38,282 nt of DNA from a virus (Duplodnaviria; Caudoviricetes): the IMG/VR virus record IMGVR_UViG_3300012942_000024, positions 1 to 38,282 of that record; one strand, 5' to 3'. Shown here one piece after another: positions 7,138 to 17,141 of this stretch; within the stretch, counting starts at the first letter, position 1; each line of letters begins with the position of its first letter. The notes beneath the pieces are model-generated. The model saw only the letters and a list, made by a program, of their open reading frames with translations, did no database searches and was not told the origin of the DNA. A program made the translations under genes and the position numbers.

Positions 7138-9357
7138 TCATGCTGACTCCAGCGCGTCGAGACGTGCCGCGAAGCCGCGGGCCAGGAACAGCAGCAGTTC
7201 GTCGTGCCTGAAGCTGTAGCGGTCACCTGCAGGCTGGTATTCCTGCACCACATCGTCGGTCTCGGGATCGCGCTGCTCCGGCGTCTCCGGCCACTCGTCG
7301 AAGCAGATGAACCCGTAACGGAACGGATCGAGGCTGTGATCCTGCATGATCTGGATCGCTCGCTGCACCGTCAGGCCGGCATGGTGGCGTGCGTTCCCAG
7401 CACCCTTGTCAGCGATACTGGCAAGCCACTGGTACGTGCCGATGGCGCGGGCAAGTTCGGCGGCGGCGGCAAGCTCCGCCGTTGTCAGCGGATCGACGGC
7501 GGTTTTCTCCCGCGCGTCGCTTGTGTTGATTACTCCGGTAGCAGCGTAGACCACTGACCATCGTTTGGATGACGAGCCCAGCGTCGCGGCGTTATCCGTA
7601 CCGGGGTCAACTACGGTTGGCGTCACGCTCAACATCGTGGGCTGGCCCGATGCTGCGCTTGTGAGTCGCAGCCCATTACCTGTCGTCAGGCCGCGTATCT
7701 GTCCGCCCGTTGCGTTACTGCTATCCGTTTGCAAGAGGATGAAGCTTTCAGCACCACCGCTTCGGTTCAAAAAAACACCAGCCACTGGTCCAGCAACTTC
7801 AAATTGATAGTTTGCAGCAGGCGCACCAATACCCACCCGGCCACTTACTTCGTTGACGTACAGCGTCGTACCGAAATTGACGGTGCTGTCATCGTTGATG
7901 AAGACCAGATCGAGGTCGCCTGATGCGTTATGCGAGGAAAGCACCATACCGGTGTAGGGCGACGCAGCACCGCGCCTCGACTTAATGGAAGCCCCTCTTC
8001 CAGCGATGTCCGTCCCCACCTCATAACAGACGGCTGTCGTCCCGGCTGTGTTATTGCCGGGAAACGTGCCTATGCCGCCGCCGATGATGGTGTTTCCGAC
8101 CGTCTTATTGCCACGGACAAACTGTGCCGCTGTGCCGGCCGTAATGGCTGGCTCTTTTGTGGCAAGCGCAGCCGCCTGCGCCGTGCTCACCGGCTTGTTC
8201 GCATCGCTGGTGTTGTCGACGTTGCCGAGGCCGACAGCCGCCTTGTTGAGCGTCTGCCACGACTTGTCGCCGCGCCAGTATTGGGTAGCGGTGCCGGCGG
8301 TGATCGCGGGTTCAGCATCCGTGATGCCATACCCGGCCAACGTCGTCGGCTTGCTGCCGATCTGTGCGAAGGTGTAATCGCCCGATGCGGGCGTGACGGA
8401 CCCGGTGCGTCCATTGAAGCTGGTGACGCCTCCGGTGGGCACCAACAACTCCTGCCAGTTCGCCAGCGTCGAGGCTGGTTCTGCGGTCAGGATCAGCGAC
8501 TGCGACAGGTCCGTGCGCACCGCGACGTCGCCCTGCTGGCAGTCGAGCGCCAGCATGGCGGCCTGAGTGTTAACCACGAATGTTTCGGTGATCGCCAGCG
8601 CCGGGAGTTGGCCAGAGTCGAGCTTGGCGTCAGCGCCAAGCGTGGCCACACCGTTGGCTGCGGCCTTCTCGCTGCTGTCGATCTTGAGCGCCAGCGCATC
8701 GAACACCGCATCGCCCGACGGGCTGTGATCCGTATCGCCATCGGTGATGCCGGAGACGACAACTGCGTCCTGCGCACGCTCATCGGTGAAATAGAGGTTG
8801 TCGCCTTCAGCAAGGTCCGTCGTCGTCGCGGCACTCGTCCCGCTGATGCGGCCCTTGGCGTCGCGCGTGATCTTGACCAGCGCCGCGCCGGTACCGCTAT
8901 TGGCGAGGTCAGCAAGATCGAGCGTTACGTTGTCATCCGCGTCCATCGACGGGGCGAAGTTGTCGGAGAATGCCGCCCATCCTTTCGTTGCTCCATCGGG
9001 CGAGCCGTAGAAACTCACGCCGGGCACGGTATCCACGTCGCCATCGAGCGAGATAAAGCGATTCTGCGAGAGGTCGCCGCCGCCTTGGATAGACCCCAGC
9101 CCGGTTATCGTGATGGACTTGTCGGCCTTGGCGTCGATCTGCCCGGAAATATCGGGGATGCCTTCGCCTGAGTCCGGATCACCGCCAAGCGCCGCGATCA
9201 CTAGCGCGAGGTTCTTCACCAGCTTGCTGATCGTGTTGATCTGGCCCTGCAGGTTCGAAACCAGCGCGTTGAAGAAGGTGTAGAAAGCGCGTGTCGGCCG
9301 GCCGGTCTGGTCAACCAGTGGGGCTCCGGACTTGGGAAGGATGCTGTTGTCGGCCAT
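7138..9357 (-). CDS. Tail fibre/spike with C-terminal intramolecular chaperone (peptidase S74-like)
   Basis: TSDAREKT cleavage motif, YSFRHDELLLF...RLDALE end, GLGNVDNTSDANKPVS fibre motif; start at MADNSILP. Confidence 0.88.
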   Translation of the reverse strand: MADNSILPKSGAPLVDQTGRPTRAFYTFFNALVSNLQGQINTISKLVKNLALVIAALGGDPDSGEGIPDISGQIDAKADKSITITGLGSIQGGGDLSQNRFISLDGDVDTVPGVSFYGSPDGATKGWAAFSDNFAPSMDADDNVTLDLADLANSGTGAALVKITRDAKGRISGTSAATTTDLAEGDNLYFTDERAQDAVVVSGITDGDTDHSPSGDAVFDALALKIDSSEKAAANGVATLGADAKLDSGQLPALAITETFVVNTQAAMLALDCQQGDVAVRTDLSQSLILTAEPASTLANWQELLVPTGGVTSFNGRTGSVTPASGDYTFAQIGSKPTTLAGYGITDAEPAITAGTATQYWRGDKSWQTLNKAAVGLGNVDNTSDANKPVSTAQAAALATKEPAITAGTAAQFVRGNKTVGNTIIGGGIGTFPGNNTAGTTAVCYEVGTDIAGRGASIKSRRGAASPYTGMVLSSHNASGDLDLVFINDDSTVNFGTTLYVNEVSGRVGIGAPAANYQFEVAGPVAGVFLNRSGGAESFILLQTDSSNATGGQIRGLTTGNGLRLTSAASGQPTMLSVTPTVVDPGTDNAATLGSSSKRWSVVYAATGVINTSDAREKTAVDPLTTAELAAAAELARAIGTYQWLASIADKGAGNARHHAGLTVQRAIQIMQDHSLDPFRYGFICFDEWPETPEQRDPETDDVVQEYQPAGDRYSFRHDELLLFLARGFAARLDALESA

Positions 9358-10208
9358 TAGCTGGCCTTCGTGCCAATCGCCAGCCAGCCAAACGTGAAGC
9401 TGCTGGTGATGTTGCTGCGGCTGTAGTTGTCCGCGCTGGTGCCGCCCGTGGCGGTGCTGAAGCCAGCCATGAAACTGCCGGTGTTGATCGTCAGGGCACT
9501 GGCACGGACATAGATGCCGTAGGGTGTGGGGCCTGACCCGTTGGGCTGGATGAATACCCGTGGCGCGCTCGCGTAGGCAGTCGGAAAGCTGACGGACTTG
9601 GAGGTAGTCTTGCCGCCGGAAGATGGCGCGGTATCGGTGCCGAACTGCACCAGTTGAGTGCCGACGGTGATGCTGTTGCTCGTGGAGGATGCGCCGGCAA
9701 TCGCCGCCCACGACGCATCCGTTCCATCCGTCGTGAGGAATTGCCCGGCATGGCCAGATTGCGCCGGCAACTGCGATGCCGGGTCATCCCAATAGGGCGT
9801 GGCGCCATCCGTCACCAACAACTTTCCGGCCTGCCCGGAAACGGCCGGCACCTGCAGCACCGGTTTCCAGATCAGACTTTCCCCGTCGGTGCTGAGGAAA
9901 TAGCCCTCGCTGCCGGCCAACGTCGGCAAATCAGCCGGCCCCCTTACATCATCGCGCGTCCATATCGTGGCGCCAGCAGCATCCTTCAGCACCACGCGAT
10001 ACACGCCGTCCATCCAGATATCGGCGTTCGCTCGGCCACTGGCGTCCAGAATCACCGGGTTGGTATTCTCGGCAGACAGGCCGGGATCGGCGTATGTTGG
10101 GCGCAAGGCGCTCGTGCCGGTGTCGTAGAAGTACAGGTTCCCGCCCGCCAGCACCTTGCCGTCGAACGTGAAGAACTGCGGGGCGGGGTTGATGAGCCGG
10201 AAAGCCAT
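9357..10208 (-). CDS. Tail protein with N-terminal head-binding-like domain
   Basis: QFFTFDGKVLAGGNLYFYDTGT...TYAD...NTNPVILDASGRA; three LPxxxGxxGxxLxTDG repeats. Confidence 0.8.
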   Translation of the reverse strand: MAFRLINPAPQFFTFDGKVLAGGNLYFYDTGTSALRPTYADPGLSAENTNPVILDASGRANADIWMDGVYRVVLKDAAGATIWTRDDVRGPADLPTLAGSEGYFLSTDGESLIWKPVLQVPAVSGQAGKLLVTDGATPYWDDPASQLPAQSGHAGQFLTTDGTDASWAAIAGASSTSNSITVGTQLVQFGTDTAPSSGGKTTSKSVSFPTAYASAPRVFIQPNGSGPTPYGIYVRASALTINTGSFMAGFSTATGGTSADNYSRSNITSSFTFGWLAIGTKAS

Positions 10209-10236
10209 GCCGAACTTTTAGGGTTCGGGATGGTGG

Positions 10237-10248
10237 ATGTCATCCCAC
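10237..10248 (-). promoter_or_regulatory. Late promoter-like motif GTGGGATGACAT (copy 4, upstream of tail genes)
   Basis: Exact 12-mer also at 20198, 22295 and 25560. Confidence 0.65.
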
Positions 10249-10260
10249 AATGGGGGAGTT

Positions 10261-10467
10261 ATGCGATTTTCATCATGGATCGTTCTGGTTGCCGCATTGC
10301 TTTCGCCTTTCCCTGCGATAGCAGCCACGGCCACGTGGACGGGTCGGCAGGAAATGGTTCAAACGGTAACGTTTAAGATGGCGTGGCGGTGCGAGTACAA
10401 CTACAACGGGCAGATGATTTATCAGATCTTCGAAACGTCGTGCCCGTCGAGCATTGAGGTTCAGTGA
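10261..10467 (+). CDS. Small secreted protein (moron)
   Basis: GGAG RBS, signal peptide ending AIA-A, two Cys; antisense to the late operon. Confidence 0.7.
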   Translation: MRFSSWIVLVAALLSPFPAIAATATWTGRQEMVQTVTFKMAWRCEYNYNGQMIYQIFETSCPSSIEVQ

Positions 10468-10691
10468 AAATCGCCGCTCCATCGAAGGATGAGCTATCGC
10501 GATGGCTGACGGGCGGACTCGTCGTTGGCGCGGGTGCGGTCGTTAAATACTGGCGCGACGATCAGTTCTGGTTATTGGCGCTGACCATTGAATGCGGCGT
10601 TATTGCCGTTGTTGTCCTGTACCTGACCATTCGTGCCACCATCCGCGCCGTTTTTGCCGGCCGCCAAGGCCGCAAGATAGCCGGCCAGTGA
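10464..10691 (+). CDS. Possible small membrane protein (moron)
   Basis: GTGA overlap with the previous ORF; two hydrophobic segments; 3' end overlaps the ejection gene. Confidence 0.45.
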   Translation: MKIAAPSKDELSRWLTGGLVVGAGAVVKYWRDDQFWLLALTIECGVIAVVVLYLTIRATIRAVFAGRQGRKIAGQ

Positions 10692-12686
10692 CGCCGCCTG
10701 CCGGCTCTGTGGCGGGAGCCGACTCAACTCCACCAGCGCGCGCCGGCCATCAGCGTTCAGCATCACGTTCGCCATCTTGCGCAAGCCGATCACCTGCGAA
10801 CCCACGCTGGCCGCCGTCTTGACGCCGAAACCTCGCAGCAGGTTCAGCATTTCGGATGCCGGTGCGGTTCCGCTGTAATTGGCGCCGAATTTGTCCCCAA
10901 GCCTTCGCATGGCTTTGAACGCATCGTCGATCTGCGCGTATTCCTTCGGCGTGAACAAGGCCCGCAGTTGCGCCACCTTCGCCGGCTTGCCGCCGCCCAT
11001 CGCTGAGACGAACTTAGCAGCGTTCAACGGCAGCACATTGGCCCCCATGCTCGCGGGCGCTGCCTGTGCCTCGTCCAGCGCGTTCTGCACCAGAAGGCGC
11101 TTGTAGTCCTGCCACACTTCCGGCGCTTGGCGCTGCATGACGTTGCCCACCATCTTCAACTCGCTGGGGGCCATGCCGCCAAGCGTAGAAATCACCTTTT
11201 CTGGCGGGAGCTTGTTCACGGTCATGAAGTCGCCAACGTTGACATGATCGCCCACCAGTCGGCGCAGCGGCGAGGCTTCGGTGGCATCCAGCAACTGCGA
11301 ATAGTTCCGATAGTTCTCATTGGCCTTGCGCCACATGTCGGCAATGCCGCCGCGCTCTATCATGGCGCCATCCGTCTGCGTCATCAGGCCAGGGCCAAAG
11401 CGTGCACCGCCATCCAATGCCGCCGCGCTGGTTTCGATGTCGTCCGTCATGGCGCCATACAGACGCTTGGCGATGCGCGCCTGCTCGCTGGTTTTCACGT
11501 CCTTGAAGATGTCGGCACTTCCCGATGCTGCGCGCCCATAGGCTGACCGCGCCTTCTGCGCCGAACTGAGCGTGTAGGCTGGCTTCTTGGCGATGTCGTC
11601 CAGCATGCCCTGCAGCTGTGACCGGATGCTGGCCGCCGCCTGCCCGGGGACGTCCGCGTATTCCCCCAGAATGCTGTTGATGGTGTCGGCAGTCTTGGTG
11701 TAACGCACCACCGGCGTTCCGCCCAATGCCTTGTCTATCGCCCCATACTGTCGCGCAGCAGTGGCTTCACGATTGGCAGCGATGGACTTGACCACATTGC
11801 GCACGGTGTCCTGCACGCGCTGGCCGACGCCCTCGGAAGAAACCTCGTTGGGCGATAACTTGTTCATCGTTCGGCGGATGTAATCGGCGGCAGCTTCTGC
11901 CGTCCGCTTGTCTGCCTCGAACGCCTTGTCCGCCGAAAAGAACGATTGGCGGGAGAGGTTTTCAAGCCCGGTCTGCATCTTCGCGCCGGACACCTGCCCC
12001 GGCGTGAACGGGATGCCAGTGCGCTGCGCCAGTTGCTCGCTTTCCTGCGCGAAGGGCTGCGCATTCGCCTTTTTGGTGAACACATTGGCGGCACGCTGCA
12101 CGATGTTGGCCGGGACAAGGTTTTCAGCGGCTCGCATGATGCCGCGCCCGGCAACAGGAACAGCACCGCCGCCTGCCGCTCCAAGACCGAATTGCTTCGC
12201 CTTCTGCCCTGCGAATCCCTCGCCGCCCTGCGTCGGATCGCTGACCGTCGCGGTAGCCCCGCCTGCCAATGCCCCGCGCAAAGCGGCAGCGCCAAGCGTT
12301 GCGCCCCGCGCCGGTACGGCCATAGCGCCAAGCGGGGCCGTGAGAGCGATGTTCCCGGTCACGCTGCCAGCTTTCGCTGCAAACGTCTTGCCCACCCCGC
12401 CTTGGTACAGCCTTTCCTCGTCAGCCACGCGCGACTCGAATGCCGGCGTGCTTTCGTTGCCAGTGAAGGCGTCAAGTTCAGGACTTGTCGGCACAAGGTG
12501 ACGATTGATCTGCTCTGCCGCCTGCCCTACGCGCGTCATGCCGTGGCCCACGCCAATCATGAAGCGGTCGAACGCGGACTCGCCGCCCGATTGATCCGCC
12601 GGTGCCGGAGTCGCCGCTGTCTGCCCCTGAACCTGTGAGAGTTTCAGCGTCTGCGGCTGAGCGGCCAGTTCAGAGAGTTTCGGCAT
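10572..12686 (-). CDS. DNA ejection/internal virion protein (P22 gp16-position)
   Basis: 704 aa, Ala/Gly-rich, third of three ejection-type genes. Confidence 0.7.
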   Translation of the reverse strand: MPKLSELAAQPQTLKLSQVQGQTAATPAPADQSGGESAFDRFMIGVGHGMTRVGQAAEQINRHLVPTSPELDAFTGNESTPAFESRVADEERLYQGGVGKTFAAKAGSVTGNIALTAPLGAMAVPARGATLGAAALRGALAGGATATVSDPTQGGEGFAGQKAKQFGLGAAGGGAVPVAGRGIMRAAENLVPANIVQRAANVFTKKANAQPFAQESEQLAQRTGIPFTPGQVSGAKMQTGLENLSRQSFFSADKAFEADKRTAEAAADYIRRTMNKLSPNEVSSEGVGQRVQDTVRNVVKSIAANREATAARQYGAIDKALGGTPVVRYTKTADTINSILGEYADVPGQAAASIRSQLQGMLDDIAKKPAYTLSSAQKARSAYGRAASGSADIFKDVKTSEQARIAKRLYGAMTDDIETSAAALDGGARFGPGLMTQTDGAMIERGGIADMWRKANENYRNYSQLLDATEASPLRRLVGDHVNVGDFMTVNKLPPEKVISTLGGMAPSELKMVGNVMQRQAPEVWQDYKRLLVQNALDEAQAAPASMGANVLPLNAAKFVSAMGGGKPAKVAQLRALFTPKEYAQIDDAFKAMRRLGDKFGANYSGTAPASEMLNLLRGFGVKTAASVGSQVIGLRKMANVMLNADGRRALVELSRLPPQSRQAASLAGYLAALAAGKNGADGGTNGQVQDNNGNNAAFNGQRQ

Positions 12687-14188
12687 TACAGCGGCTCCAC
12701 GTCGGGATCGTTCATATCGCCGCCGGTCACGCGGTACTGCTTGCCATTGACCTCGATGATCTGGCCGATGCGATACTTTCCACCTTGGTCTGCAGTAGGA
12801 CCACCTGCTGGTACAACCTGTTGATCGGAGCTGGCCCGCTGCAGGGCGTGGCGGATCAATTGAGCGTTCACTTCGTCCGGTTTATCTGGTCCCCAAATGG
12901 ACTTTGATGCGACCTCAAAGTCCGCATTAGCCACCGGTCCCGTGGGGTTGTTCATGCGGGCCATCTTGCCGGCCGCAGAATTGTGGTACGCCATAAGATC
13001 CGCGTTCGCTACCAGATCAAGGCCTGGCACTCGACCCATTACCGGGCCGCTGCTCCACCGAGATCCCTGTGCAACCAGTCCTGCCACTTGATCCGGCGTC
13101 ATGGCACGCAACTCTTCCTCCGTCTTCCCGGTAGCTGCGGCAGCATACGCATAGGCATCGTCGGCGAGCCCCTTGGTGTACAGGCTCATTTTGATCTGTT
13201 CGTCGCTTTTCTTTGCCGCTGAGCCTTTCGGAATGGGTGCCGCACCCTCTACCACGCGCCGCTCCCCGGTGTTGCTGTACTGCACCCGGATCGGCTTGCC
13301 ATCGGGGCCAGCTTCATCGACGGGCTGGCTCCACGTCTCGTTCTGCGGCTTCGGGCCTGCGGGCGTACCCACCCCGAACTGCGCTGGCACAACGGCCTGC
13401 GTCGTCTGTAGCTGATTGCCGCCTTGCACCGGCTGCCCTGGAACTTGCGGCTGCGCGCCGATCTGCTGGGCCTGCTGCTGCAACCACGCTTCAACCTGGT
13501 CCTGCGGCGCACCCATCTGGATGGCGGCGTTCGCCTGATCGATGAAGGGTTGCATGGGGTCGCTGGCAGGCTGCGTGCCGCCGACAGCGGGGCGCAGTTG
13601 CCCAATGTTCGGATCGAATGCCGCCGCCGCTGACCCCTGGCCCATCGGGGCTTTCTGATATTGCAGCGGATAAGGCACTCGCGCCATGGTTTCACCCGTG
13701 GCCGAGTTGATGAGGCTGCCATTGATGACGACGCCCCTTGCTTCCGGTATGCCGCCGGTCTGCGCAAGGATTTCGTACATCTTCGGCAGTTGCGACTGAT
13801 CAAGCCCCGGAAACGGCTTGCCGGTCAACTGGGTGAGATACGGGCCTAGCGCATTGCTGGCGCCCTGGATTCGTGCCGGGTCGCCAGACTTCAATGCATC
13901 GATGCCGAACATCGCCGCGCCGCGCAACTTTTTCAGGCGCGACTCTTGTTCGCTTTGCGCCGTCACATCCTGCGCGTGCAGTTGATTGGCTAGCGCAAAG
14001 CCCGCGTCCGGGTCAGCGCCGATAGCCTGCCCGATAAGCGCATTGCGCTGATCTGGGGCGGCCGTGTACGCCTGCTGCGCAAGGCTCGCCAGATGGTTGC
14101 GCGTGCCCTGCTGACGCCCCAGCTCGCCCTGCTGCTGGATGTAGTCGGCCACGTCCAGAACGTTCGTTGGTGCGAGAGAACCCACCAT
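12686..14188 (-). CDS. DNA ejection protein (P22 gp20-position)
   Basis: 500 aa, Gln/Ala-rich, synteny. Confidence 0.7.
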   Translation of the reverse strand: MVGSLAPTNVLDVADYIQQQGELGRQQGTRNHLASLAQQAYTAAPDQRNALIGQAIGADPDAGFALANQLHAQDVTAQSEQESRLKKLRGAAMFGIDALKSGDPARIQGASNALGPYLTQLTGKPFPGLDQSQLPKMYEILAQTGGIPEARGVVINGSLINSATGETMARVPYPLQYQKAPMGQGSAAAAFDPNIGQLRPAVGGTQPASDPMQPFIDQANAAIQMGAPQDQVEAWLQQQAQQIGAQPQVPGQPVQGGNQLQTTQAVVPAQFGVGTPAGPKPQNETWSQPVDEAGPDGKPIRVQYSNTGERRVVEGAAPIPKGSAAKKSDEQIKMSLYTKGLADDAYAYAAAATGKTEEELRAMTPDQVAGLVAQGSRWSSGPVMGRVPGLDLVANADLMAYHNSAAGKMARMNNPTGPVANADFEVASKSIWGPDKPDEVNAQLIRHALQRASSDQQVVPAGGPTADQGGKYRIGQIIEVNGKQYRVTGGDMNDPDVEPL

Positions 14189-14991
14189 CAGCCTGCTCCC
14201 GGTTTGCTGCCCAGGTACCAGCCCGAACCCCCGCCGTTGCGGGCGCTGTTGTTCTGATACCAGTTGTTGAATGCCCCGCCGATGGCGCCTGCCATTTGCG
14301 AGTTGGCATTGGCCGACTGCTGATAGGACGTCGCCATGTTGTTGGCGTTGTTGATGCCTATGTTGCCGACATTCGTGGCGTAGCTCTGGCCCAGATTGGC
14401 GAGATTATTGCTCGCCGTCTGGCCGGTGCCGGCGATGGCGGATAGACGGTTCAGATAGTTGCCCAGGTTCTGCGTTGCCATGCCTTCGGCGTATTTCGTC
14501 AAGTCCTGGCCGTAGCCACCCGAATAGAGCCGGCCACGAGCTGCGGCGCTGCGGTCAAGGGCGTTAATGCCCTGTCCCAGCGCGTACTGGTAATCGGGCG
14601 AGTCGAAGAAGCTGCTATAGTCATTCCCGCCGGAAACCGGTGTAGATGTGGCGGCGGCGAGTGCATTGCCCGCTCCGGTATAGGGCCGGGCTACCTCATA
14701 CCCCACGTTGCCTACGCCGTTGGACGGCGCAGAGGCGGAAGGCGTGGCGGCGGGTGCTGACGTGCCCAGACCGTAGATGCTCGCCAATCGGTTCAGCGCC
14801 GCCTCGCCCGTATTGAGCCACGGCAGCATGTCCTCGCGGCTCTGATCGTACTGGCGGGCCTGTTCCTGCGTGGCGGCATCGGCGGCACGCTGCGAGGCGT
14901 TGGCGGCGCCTTTGGCGGCCTTGCTCTGCTGGTTGGCCGAATACATGGCTCCGCCAGCGGCGATAGCGGCGGCGGCAACTCCCCATGGCAT
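14188..14991 (-). CDS. DNA transfer/ejection protein (P22 gp7-like)
   Basis: MPWGVAAAAIAAGG N-terminus; SPDYQY...SAAARG.LYSG motif. Confidence 0.8.
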   Translation of the reverse strand: MPWGVAAAAIAAGGAMYSANQQSKAAKGAANASQRAADAATQEQARQYDQSREDMLPWLNTGEAALNRLASIYGLGTSAPAATPSASAPSNGVGNVGYEVARPYTGAGNALAAATSTPVSGGNDYSSFFDSPDYQYALGQGINALDRSAAARGRLYSGGYGQDLTKYAEGMATQNLGNYLNRLSAIAGTGQTASNNLANLGQSYATNVGNIGINNANNMATSYQQSANANSQMAGAIGGAFNNWYQNNSARNGGGSGWYLGSKPGAG

Positions 14992-14992
14992 G

Positions 14993-15169
14993 TCAGTTCT
15001 CCTCGCTCATCACGTTGCGGCGAATCTCGATCATTTGAAGCGCCACATCCCGGCATTCCTCAAGGGTCAATACACGGTGGTCTTTCGTGCCGGCGCCGGG
15101 GTGGAATTGCAGCGACGTCACCGATGCGAAATAGACATCGAAGGCGGTTCTCTCGTCGTCTTTGACCAT
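14993..15169 (-). CDS. Hypothetical protein
   Basis: 58-aa ORF filling the gap in the late operon. Confidence 0.6.
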   Translation of the reverse strand: MVKDDERTAFDVYFASVTSLQFHPGAGTKDHRVLTLEECRDVALQMIEIRRNVMSEEN

Positions 15170-15171
15170 GG

Positions 15172-15747
15172 TCAACTGCCTTTGATGCAGATAATCAACG
15201 TCATGCGGTCGCTGTCGCTGTCGTTCGTGACCCAATGACGGCGTGAGTTGTCGAAGGCGTACAGGTCACCGGGCATAGCTGAAAGCGTCGCGTCATCGAA
15301 GCAAAACGCCTGCTTCTCGTTGCCCATGAGCTGCACGGCAAACTTCGCGTAATAGCCCGCATGCCAGCCTTGGTCGATATGAGGTTCGACGCGCCCACCG
15401 GGCGGAATCTTGGTGATCAACACGCCCCCAAGGTGCTCGCCCTCAACCACGCGCATCACGTCGAAAACGAGGTTGCGTACAGCGGGGAGCTTCCATGCCA
15501 CCGGATACCAAACGGATTGGTGGGGGCCGTTGAATGCCTCCTGATCGCCATTGAAGTTGGCCCAATCGTTGTACCGTACCCAAATGTCGGAAACGCCACC
15601 GTGCGGCGTGCCATAGGCTTCGGTGCGCATGGTGTGCTGGTTCCATGCGTCCGGGTTGTCCGCGAGTTGTTCCAGTGCGGCGGATACGTCGAAGCGCACG
15701 CCAAGCGGGAAAATTGGCGGATGCGATGGGACAGCAATGGCATTCAT
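15172..15747 (-). CDS. Aspartyl/asparaginyl beta-hydroxylase-like 2OG-Fe(II) oxygenase
   Basis: IPPGGRVEPHID (HxD), FDNSRRHWVTN (distal His), DRMTLII (2OG-binding Arg). Confidence 0.85.
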   Translation of the reverse strand: MNAIAVPSHPPIFPLGVRFDVSAALEQLADNPDAWNQHTMRTEAYGTPHGGVSDIWVRYNDWANFNGDQEAFNGPHQSVWYPVAWKLPAVRNLVFDVMRVVEGEHLGGVLITKIPPGGRVEPHIDQGWHAGYYAKFAVQLMGNEKQAFCFDDATLSAMPGDLYAFDNSRRHWVTNDSDSDRMTLIICIKGS

Positions 15748-17141
15748 GCCGCCTCCATCTGCACCGACGCCGAGATCAAGTCCCGCTTCACGTTCGAAGA
15801 CACCATGATTTCGAATACCCGATTTCGGAAGCTGCCAAGGCGCAGAAAACGGATGCGTTTTCCGTACTGGTGTACGTCGCCGAGCATCTTCTTGCGGTAA
15901 TTGGTGTATGTCTTCCCACCGTCATCCGAATAGCGCAGCCACACGGATTGATCGCCGTCCAGCGTTTCGAAGCCCGTATCCATTAGCAATTCGAGGCACG
16001 CCATCACGACGCGGTTGCCGCCGTCATGGGCGTAGGGCGTGCGACGCATTGCCACCAGTGGCTGCCCGTCTTCGGTGAAATTCGACCAATCCAGCGCGTA
16101 CAGCTTGCCGTTGAAGGCGTCGCCGCCGATCCATTTGCCGTTCCAGAACACGAGGTGTTGCACGCGCCAGACGTCCAGCTCGTAGCTGGCGCGGCGGTGC
16201 CATAGCTGCGTGGCGGCGTCATAGCCCCACGTCTTGCCATCGGGGAACGTCAGGTAATAGACCTTGTGGCCACGATCAGACCACGCCATGCCAATGGCAT
16301 TTGCCCAGTCGCACTCTGCAATGCCCTGCTCCACTGCATGGGTGGACACGCGTATTGGCGTATAGCCGTCGGCCCGGTAAACGATGCCGTCATTGCCAAG
16401 CCAGAAAATGGTGTTATCCAGGATGACCGGCGAGAATCGGGCCGCACAGCCCTGCTCGATGACCGTTCCGGACTGGCGTTCGAACGTCGCATTCTCGGCG
16501 GCGGTGTTTACGAAAATCTCCACGGTGCGCTCGCCGAACATCCACACTTCGGAATGGTTCACCACCTGCGACACCAGCCGGTCAGGCGAAGATTCCGCCT
16601 CGTATTCGTCGGTAGACAGGTAGGACAGCGCATTGGCCAGATCCGAGTGGAACCAGAACTTGCGCAGCGGCTCGATGTGCGTGACGTAGGAGTTTATGAA
16701 ATCGGTGACGATCGACCCCTTGAAATCCGGATCGGTGATCTCGGTGAGCGCATGGCTGGCGGTGTTGTAGACGAACCCCTGCGGCCCGTTGACGATCACC
16801 AGTTGATAGCCGTTGTCCTGCTGGTTGTGCGTCATCGACACGCGATCCGTGCCGGTGATCGTGCCGCGACTTACTTTCGTGCCATCGGCGGCCACTTCAT
16901 ATAGCGTGGGGCCGGCGACGACGAACAGCATGCCCTCGACATTGCGCACGCCACGGATCGCATCCTCTCCTGTATCAGCAAACAGGGTCAGGCCCGGCAC
17001 GCCGCGAAGAATGCCCGCTGATCGCGCTTGCGTGTTCTCGGCGAACTCCGGCAGGTAATTGACGCATTCCTGCTGGTCATAGGGCCGCGTTTCGTCCGTG
17101 TAGGCACCACCGACAACGGGAACGGGCTGCAGGCGGCCCAT
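15744..17141 (-). CDS. Packaged-DNA stabilization/tail hub protein (P22 gp10-like)
   Basis: 465 aa; AESSPD, WMFGERTVE, YSDDGGKT and RLGSFRNRVFE motifs. Confidence 0.88.
   Translation of the reverse strand: MGRLQPVPVVGGAYTDETRPYDQQECVNYLPEFAENTQARSAGILRGVPGLTLFADTGEDAIRGVRNVEGMLFVVAGPTLYEVAADGTKVSRGTITGTDRVSMTHNQQDNGYQLVIVNGPQGFVYNTASHALTEITDPDFKGSIVTDFINSYVTHIEPLRKFWFHSDLANALSYLSTDEYEAESSPDRLVSQVVNHSEVWMFGERTVEIFVNTAAENATFERQSGTVIEQGCAARFSPVILDNTIFWLGNDGIVYRADGYTPIRVSTHAVEQGIAECDWANAIGMAWSDRGHKVYYLTFPDGKTWGYDAATQLWHRRASYELDVWRVQHLVFWNGKWIGGDAFNGKLYALDWSNFTEDGQPLVAMRRTPYAHDGGNRVVMACLELLMDTGFETLDGDQSVWLRYSDDGGKTYTNYRKKMLGDVHQYGKRIRFLRLGSFRNRVFEIMVSSNVKRDLISASVQMEAA

Noticed and set aside
7930-9171. 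Long plus-strand ORFs opposite structural genes (also 20198-21517, 30484-31488 and others)
   Set aside because: They are antisense shadows of high-GC coding genes, with Arg-rich low-complexity translations and no recognisable motifs
7138-10208. Diversity-generating retroelement or invertible tail-fibre system
   Set aside because: No reverse transcriptase, invertase or template/variable repeat pair was seen
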